The position numbers were made by a program, and so were the translations under genes. This document shows, in pieces, positions 4,113-9,055 of a DNA stretch of 9,055 nucleotides. Below the pieces are notes generated by a model, which did not search any database, had not been told where the DNA came from, and worked only from the letters and a program-made list of their open reading frames with translations. This stretch comes from a virus (Duplodnaviria > Heunggongvirae > Uroviricota > Caudoviricetes). The DNA lies in the IMG/VR virus record IMGVR_UViG_3300028956_000044; one strand, 5' to 3'. Numbering within the stretch: position 1 is the stretch's first letter; each line of letters opens with the position of its first letter.

Positions 4113-6554
4113 ATGAGCACTGATAAAGAAGAATTTGCACTATATTGCGAAGCAAAAAATGACAAAGTAAGAAAACGCCTAGGAATTAAAGGTGGTTTTT
4201 ACTGGACTACAGCAAAAAAATTATCTGTTGCAATCTCCCGCTGCATTACCGCAATGGATGACAACGATTATGATGAAGACGACTTTAAAAAACCCGTCCG
4301 CGTCAATTTGCCCGTTGTTGACGACCTTCCGCCAGAAGGCGTGTTTGATACTGAATTCTGCAACCGCTATGAAAAAGGCGGGAAAGATGGCATCACAATG
4401 ACATTTATCGGCCCTTCCCCCTCTGTTCAGGACAAACCAGCCAGCACTGACAATACCAACATCAACGGCGAAGCCATGACTGAGATTGAGGAGAGCATGC
4501 TTCTGCCTGTCTCCGGTCAGGAACTGCCCATTCGTTGGCTTGCTCAACACGGCAGCGAAAAACCAGTAACGCACGTTTCACGCGACGAACTCCAGGCATT
4601 ACACATTGCACGGGCTGAAGAACTACCGGCTGTTACTGCCCTGGCTATTTCGCATAAAACCAGTCTGCTCGACTCGCTGGAGATTCGCGACCTCCACAAA
4701 CTGGTTCGTGACACTGACAAAGTTTTCCCTAATCCTGGTAATTCAGACCTGGGACTAATAACTGCTTTTTTCGAAGCATACCTAGACGCTGACTACACTG
4801 ATCGGGGTCTGCTGACAAAAGAGTGGATGAAAGGAAATCGTGTTTCACGCATCACCCGCACGGCTTCCGGTGCTAATGCTGGCGGTGGGAACAAAACCGA
4901 TCGCAATCCGAATTTAGTACACACCCTCGACACACTGGATGTGGAGATTGCAGCAGCCACACTTCCGATGGATTTTAATATTTATGAAATTCCGGGCAGC
5001 GTTTATCGTCGCGCAAAAGAAGTAGTCCTGAACAAAGAAAGTCCGTTCAAAGAATGGTCCGCAGCACTTCGTGCAACCCCGGGTATTCTGGACTATTCCC
5101 GCGCCGCTATTTTTGCACTTATCCGAAGCGCACACCCTGAATTTTATCACTACCCGGGACGCCTTCAGGGGTATATCAACGCCTATTTGACGGAAACTGA
5201 TCACGAGAACCCCAGCAAGGAAACTCTCACAGCTGCCCGGCATACGCCGGAAAAAGATATCCTGGAAGAAATTAACCGCGAGGTGGTTACTGAGCGTGAA
5301 ACAGAAGAAGAAAAACCACAACCATCTGACGCAATGGCAGGTGAACAGGCAACAACTGAAACAATGGAACCGGATACAACTGAACATGGCCAGAACGCGC
5401 AGTCGCTGGATGCTCAGTCGCAGGTGAGTTCCGCTAACCAAGTAAAAGTCACCGCTGACGAAGTAAACAAAATTATGCAGGCAGCCAATATCAGCCAGCC
5501 TGACGCCGATAAGTTACTTGCTGTATCGCGTGGTGAATTTGTTGAGGGGATTAGCGACCCTAATGATCCGAAATGGGTCAAAGGGATCCAGACTCGCGAT
5601 TCTGTGAACCAGAACCAGCATGAATCGGAACGGAACGACCAAAAAGCGGAACAAAACAGCCCAAATGCGTTACAAAACGAGCCAGAAACGAAACAATCCG
5701 AACCAGTGGCGCAACAGGAAGTGGAAAAAGTCTGCACCGCCTGCGGTCAGACCGGCGGCGGCAACTGCCCTGATTGTGGCGCGGTGATGGGCGACGCAAC
5801 ATACCAGGAAACATTCGATGAAGAGTATCAGGTTGAAGTTCAGGAAGATGATCCGGAGGAAATGGAAGGCGCTGAACATCCACACAAGGAGAACACTGGC
5901 GGCAATCAGCATCACGATAGCGATAATGAAACTGGCGAGACGGCAGATCACTCAATTAAGGTGAACGGTCATCAAGAAATCACATCCACCAGCAGGACGT
6001 GTGACCATCTAATGATCGACCTTGAAACCATGGGAAAAAATCCTGATGCCCCGATCATCTCAATAGGTGCAATATTTTTCGATCCGCAAACCGGAGATAT
6101 GGGACCGGAATTTAGTAAGACTATCGATCTGGAAACTGCTGGCGGAGTCATTGATCGGGACACCATTAAATGGTGGCTTAAGCAATCACGCGAAGCGCAA
6201 TCTGCCATTATGACCGATGAAATCCCGTTAGATGATGCACTGTTACAATTGCGGGAATTTATCGACGAAAACTCCGGTGAATTTTTTGTTCAGGTCTGGG
6301 GAAATGGAGCCAACTTCGACAACACGATTTTGCGCCGTTCATACGAACGGCAGGGGATCCCCTGCCCGTGGCGTTACTACAACGATCGCGATGTACGCAC
6401 AATCGTTGAGCTGGGGAAAGCCATAGACTTCGATGCCAGAACGGCTATTCCATTCGAAGGTGAGCGCCATAATGCACTTGATGACGCCCGTTACCAGGCA
6501 AAATACGTTTCAGTTATCTGGCAAAAACTGATCCCGAGTCAGGCTGATTCTTAA
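4113..6554 (+). CDS. ydfE: 813-aa RecE-N-terminal-like protein with C-terminal DEDDh 3'-5' exonuclease domain (full-length YdfE-type)
   Basis: ATG at 4113 with GAGG upstream. Residues ~1-360 resemble the N-terminal region of Rac RecE as I recall it. Residues ~370-625 are acidic and low-complexity, with a C-x2-C-x7-C-x2-C knuckle (nt 5733-5777). Residues 630-813 show DEDDh motifs: MIDLETMG (D636/E638, nt 6018-6026), [10 protein letters not shown] (D736, nt 6318-6320), HNALDDARY (H786, nt 6468-6470). Gene symbol is by synteny with K-12 ydfE, where I recall only a truncated remnant. Confidence 0.85.
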   Translation: MSTDKEEFALYCEAKNDKVRKRLGIKGGFYWTTAKKLSVAISRCITAMDDNDYDEDDFKKPVRVNLPVVDDLPPEGVFDTEFCNRYEKGGKDGITMTFIGPSPSVQDKPASTDNTNINGEAMTEIEESMLLPVSGQELPIRWLAQHGSEKPVTHVSRDELQALHIARAEELPAVTALAISHKTSLLDSLEIRDLHKLVRDTDKVFPNPGNSDLGLITAFFEAYLDADYTDRGLLTKEWMKGNRVSRITRTASGANAGGGNKTDRNPNLVHTLDTLDVEIAAATLPMDFNIYEIPGSVYRRAKEVVLNKESPFKEWSAALRATPGILDYSRAAIFALIRSAHPEFYHYPGRLQGYINAYLTETDHENPSKETLTAARHTPEKDILEEINREVVTERETEEEKPQPSDAMAGEQATTETMEPDTTEHGQNAQSLDAQSQVSSANQVKVTADEVNKIMQAANISQPDADKLLAVSRGEFVEGISDPNDPKWVKGIQTRDSVNQNQHESERNDQKAEQNSPNALQNEPETKQSEPVAQQEVEKVCTACGQTGGGNCPDCGAVMGDATYQETFDEEYQVEVQEDDPEEMEGAEHPHKENTGGNQHHDSDNETGETADHSIKVNGHQEITSTSRTCDHLMIDLETMGKNPDAPIISIGAIFFDPQTGDMGPEFSKTIDLETAGGVIDRDTIKWWLKQSREAQSAIMTDEIPLDDALLQLREFIDENSGEFFVQVWGNGANFDNTILRRSYERQGIPCPWRYYNDRDVRTIVELGKAIDFDARTAIPFEGERHNALDDARYQAKYVSVIWQKLIPSQADS

Positions 6555-6565
6555 TGTTCAACTGT

Positions 6566-6597
6566 CGCCGGTTGTGACTGGTATTCTGCAACCGGCG
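6566..6597 (+). other. perfect 9-bp stem-loop CGCCGGTTG / CAACCGGCG between the exonuclease gene and xis; no U-run
   Basis: Read directly: 6566-6574 is the reverse complement of 6589-6597, with a 14-nt loop. No T-tract follows, so it is not a canonical intrinsic terminator. Confidence 0.4.
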
Positions 6598-6626
6598 CTC
6601 GTCTGATGTAAGAGATAAAGAAATCG

Positions 6627-6878
6627 ATGAGCGAAGTAATCATGATTGTCTCTCCCGGCAAATGGGTATCCGAAGAGCAGTTAATTGCGCTGAAAGGAAT
6701 AAAAAAAGGTACGTTAAAAAAGGCCCGGGAAAAATCGTTTATGGAAGGAAGGGAATATAAGCATGTCGCTCATGACGGTATGCCATGGGATAACAGTCCA
6801 TGCTTTTACAACCTGGAAGAAATTGATCGCTGGATTGAGCGCCAGGCATCAGCGAGACCAAGACGTCATCTTACTTGA
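6627..6878 (+). CDS. excisionase-like protein (Xis)
   Basis: 83-aa ORF ending 20 bp upstream of the integrase. Contains GREYKHVAH, reminiscent of the GREY-containing winged-helix of lambda Xis. An alternative start at the Met at 6642 is possible. Confidence 0.55.
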   Translation: MSEVIMIVSPGKWVSEEQLIALKGIKKGTLKKAREKSFMEGREYKHVAHDGMPWDNSPCFYNLEEIDRWIERQASARPRRHLT

Positions 6879-6897
6879 CTAAAAGCCACACTAACTA

Positions 6898-8193
6898 ATG
6901 AGAGAAGTTGAAATGAAATATCCGACAGGCGTGGAAAACCATGGAGGGAAATTACGTATCTGGTTTGTTTATAAAGGCGTAAGAGTCAGGGAAAATCTGG
7001 GGGTTCCTGACACATCAAAAAACAGGCGCGTTGCAGGTGAACTACGCTCCTCTGTTTGTTACGCAATAAAAACTGGTGTTTTCGACTATGCAAAACAGTT
7101 TCCCTCCTCACGCAATCTGGAAAAATTTGGTGAGGCCCGACAAGATTTAACCATAAAAGAACTGGCTGAAAAATTTTTGGCACTGAAAGAAACTGAAGTC
7201 GCCAAAACATCACTCAACACATACCGTGCCGTCATCAAAAATATCCTGAGCATAATCGGTGAAAAAAATCTTGCCTCATCGATTAATAAAGAAAAATTAC
7301 TGGAGGTTCGTAAAGAGCTACTGACTGGATACCAGATCCCCAAAAGTAACTATATTGTTACACAACCAGGGAGATCGGCTGTAACTGTAAATAATTACAT
7401 GACAAATCTTAACGCCGTGTTCCAGTTTGGTGTTGATAACGGTTACCTGGCAGATAATCCGTTTAAGGGGATCTCGCCATTAAAGGAATCAAGAACCATT
7501 CCGGATCCTCTTTCGCGGGAGGAATTTATCCGTCTTATCGATGCGTGCAGAAATCAGCAAGCAAAAAATTTATGGTGTGTTTCTGTTTATACTGGCGTTC
7601 GCCCTGGTGAGCTGTGTGCACTTGGATGGGAGGACATAGATCTGAAAAATGGAACAATGATGATCAGGAGAAATTTAGCAAAAGACCGTTTCACGGTACC
7701 AAAAACACAGGCGGGAACCAATCGGGTCATTCATCTTATTAAGCCAGCAATCGACGCTCTCCGGAGTCAGATGACATTAACGAGACTGAGCAAAGAGCAT
7801 ATCATTGATGTTCACCTCAGAGAGTATGGCAGAACAGAAAAACAAAAATGCACCTTTGTTTTTCAACCTGAAGTGTCAGCGAGAGTAAAAAATTATGGTG
7901 ACCATTTTACCGTTGACTCAATAAGGCAGATGTGGGACGCAGCGATAAAACGTGCCGGACTCCGCCATCGAAAATCATATCAGTCGAGACATACTTATGC
8001 CTGCTGGTCGCTGACAGCTGGTGCTAACCCGGCATTTATAGCAAACCAGATGGGCCATGCAGATGCGCAAATGGTATTTCAGGTATACGGAAAATGGATG
8101 TCTGAAAACAATAATGCACAGGTAGCTTTGTTAAATACACAGTTAAGCGAGTTTGCCCCAACCATGCCCCATAACGAAGCAATGAAAAATTAA
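6898..8193 (+). CDS. intQ: tyrosine site-specific integrase (Rac IntR-like; intact IntQ-type)
   Basis: 431-aa ORF. Tyrosine-recombinase catalytic segment visible: HRKSYQSRHTYACWSLTAGANP ... VFQVYGKWM. The MKYPTGVENHGGKLRIWF N-terminus resembles the Rac IntR family as I recall it. The second ATG at 6913 may be the true start. Symbol is by position next to rspB; K-12 intQ is, as I recall, a pseudogene. Confidence 0.9.
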   Translation: MREVEMKYPTGVENHGGKLRIWFVYKGVRVRENLGVPDTSKNRRVAGELRSSVCYAIKTGVFDYAKQFPSSRNLEKFGEARQDLTIKELAEKFLALKETEVAKTSLNTYRAVIKNILSIIGEKNLASSINKEKLLEVRKELLTGYQIPKSNYIVTQPGRSAVTVNNYMTNLNAVFQFGVDNGYLADNPFKGISPLKESRTIPDPLSREEFIRLIDACRNQQAKNLWCVSVYTGVRPGELCALGWEDIDLKNGTMMIRRNLAKDRFTVPKTQAGTNRVIHLIKPAIDALRSQMTLTRLSKEHIIDVHLREYGRTEKQKCTFVFQPEVSARVKNYGDHFTVDSIRQMWDAAIKRAGLRHRKSYQSRHTYACWSLTAGANPAFIANQMGHADAQMVFQVYGKWMSENNNAQVALLNTQLSEFAPTMPHNEAMKN

Positions 8194-8336
8194 TTTAATA
8201 TTTATCAAATAGTTAACACGCATGACTCTTGAAATCCATAAATTCAAGCGCAGTGCCCAGCCATCCCGATACTGCTGCTTTCACCAAATCCTTAGTGCTT
8301 CTTTCATGTTTTTCTATTGTCATAATGGTTATCTCT

Positions 8337-8367
8337 AAAAAAGAGGTAAGATGCGTACTACTTACTC
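8337..8367 (-). terminator. putative intrinsic terminator of the rspB-like gene
   Basis: Minus-strand RNA after the stop folds GAGUAAG / loop of 10 nt / CUUAC(C)CUC (7 bp with one bulge), followed by UUUUUU (plus-strand A-run 8337-8342). Confidence 0.5.
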
Positions 8368-8380
8368 GCCGTTATTGGTA

Positions 8381-9055
8381 TTATTCAGAAAAAGTGAGTA
8401 AGACTTTGCAGCAATGTTTTTGATCCTGTTCAAATAAACTAATGGCATCAGCAACATGCTGGAAATCAAACGTATGGGTAATTAATTTTTCTGGTTTAAT
8501 TAACCCTTTACTTAACCAGTCGATAACAACCGGAAATTTATTTGCATTTAAGCGTGAAGAGAAAATAGAGAGTTCTTTTCCGGTAATTCCTTGCTGAATC
8601 ACTTCAGACGGTTCACTGGAGAAGCCCATCAATACAATACGTGCCGCTGGAGAAGCCAGCGTTACGGCCTCTTTCAGGATAGAAGGATGACAAGCCGCAT
8701 CGATAATTAATGTCGGCTTGATGCCTTTTTCAGCGAAAATCTCGCCAAGCGGTGTCTGGCTGTTATTGATCGCCCAGTCTGCCCCGCTCTCTTTCGCTTT
8801 TTCCAGTCGTTCATCAATGCGATCGGCAACAATCACATTTTTAACGTTATAGACGCCTTTTAATACCTGAACGATCGTCAGGCCGATTGGACCGGCACCA
8901 TAAACCAGAACGGTATCATTTTCAGTCGGTTGACCATGTCCGGTTACGTTAGCCGCAATGGTAAAAGGTTCGATCATTACCGCATATTGATCGGCCACTG
9001 CTTCAGGAATTTTCCACGCATTTTTTGCCGGAACCACGGCATATTCACTGAAACC
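8381..9055 (-). CDS. rspB: zinc-dependent medium-chain dehydrogenase, C-terminal part (RspB-like); 5' end beyond window
   Basis: ORF open to the window edge on the minus strand. Rossmann nucleotide-binding segment VLVYGAGPIGL visible. Convergent with the integrase; rspB assignment rests on recalled K-12 synteny (intQ adjacent to rspB) and was not checked by alignment. Confidence 0.7.
   Translation of the reverse strand, partial: GFSEYAVVPAKNAWKIPEAVADQYAVMIEPFTIAANVTGHGQPTENDTVLVYGAGPIGLTIVQVLKGVYNVKNVIVADRIDERLEKAKESGADWAINNSQTPLGEIFAEKGIKPTLIIDAACHPSILKEAVTLASPAARIVLMGFSSEPSEVIQQGITGKELSIFSSRLNANKFPVVIDWLSKGLIKPEKLITHTFDFQHVADAISLFEQDQKHCCKVLLTFSE

Larger units (their letters stand above)
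1..8336. mobile_element. Qin/Rac-type lambdoid prophage, right arm (replication, immunity, dicB operon, xis, int); left boundary outside window, right junction between 8194 and ~8336
   Basis: Gene order and content: Cro/cI-like pair with operators, DicF/DicB, RecE-like gene, xis and int at the end, abutting a host metabolic gene with its own terminator. Confidence 0.85.

Noticed and set aside
4192-6426. Nested and antisense ORFs within the 813-aa gene (4192..4401, 4221..4574, 4914..5441, 5414..5737, 5578..5955, 5670..5951, 5972..6208, 6232..6426)
   Set aside because: All lie inside one long, motif-supported coding frame; the antisense frames are Cys/Phe/Arg-rich because they are complementary to an acidic coding region.
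4113-6554. Annotating the 813-aa protein simply as exodeoxyribonuclease VIII (RecE) of a RecET recombination pair
   Set aside because: The C-terminal catalytic domain shows DEDDh motifs rather than a lambda-Exo-like nuclease, and no recT-like gene is present in the window; only the N-terminal region looks RecE-like.
6986-7343. Minus-strand ORFs 6986..7213 and 7086..7343 inside the integrase gene
   Set aside because: Antisense to the integrase with no start signals; the integrase frame carries conserved catalytic motifs.
8194-8380. tRNA gene as integration target next to the integrase
   Set aside because: No tRNA-like sequence (no acceptor/T-arm pattern or CCA-adjacent stem) seen; the neighbouring host gene is a dehydrogenase with its own terminator.
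8229-8423. Plus-strand 64-aa ORF in the int-rspB junction
   Set aside because: TTG start without RBS, crosses the host terminator and overlaps the rspB 3' end antisense.
1-9055. CRISPR array, IS element or tandem repeat array
   Set aside because: No regularly spaced direct repeats or IS-type terminal inverted repeats with a transposase frame seen; the repeats present are short operator palindromes and RNA stems.

Overview
This window reads as the right arm of a Qin/Rac-type lambdoid prophage, ending at an integrase that sits convergent with a host zinc-dependent dehydrogenase (rspB-like, partial). No tRNA, rRNA, CRISPR array or IS element was seen. Left to right: a minus-strand early/replication module (replication-initiator-like protein, a 173-aa protein in the CII/YdaT position, Cro-like DicC); a divergent immunity switch (DicA repressor) with a family of TTAG-N6-CTAA operator palindromes; then the DicA-repressed rightward operon (ydfA/ydfB-equivalent ORF, YdfC-like ORF, a ~340-nt structured untranslated region, the DicF sRNA with its intrinsic terminator, dicB, ydfD, an 813-aa RecE-N-terminal-like protein, an excisionase-like ORF and the integrase). 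The most unusual feature is the 813-aa protein: its C-terminus carries DEDDh 3'-5' exonuclease motifs rather than the 5'-3' nuclease that I recall for canonical RecE, and no RecT-like annealase is present in the window. Secondary candidates are a 66-aa Cys4 zinc-ribbon ORF antisense to the ydfA/ydfB-equivalent region, and a perfect 15-bp long-range inverted repeat bracketing the dicF-dicB spacer. Gene names come from recalled similarity to E. coli K-12 Qin and Rac and from synteny, not from any search; all coordinates include the stop codon.
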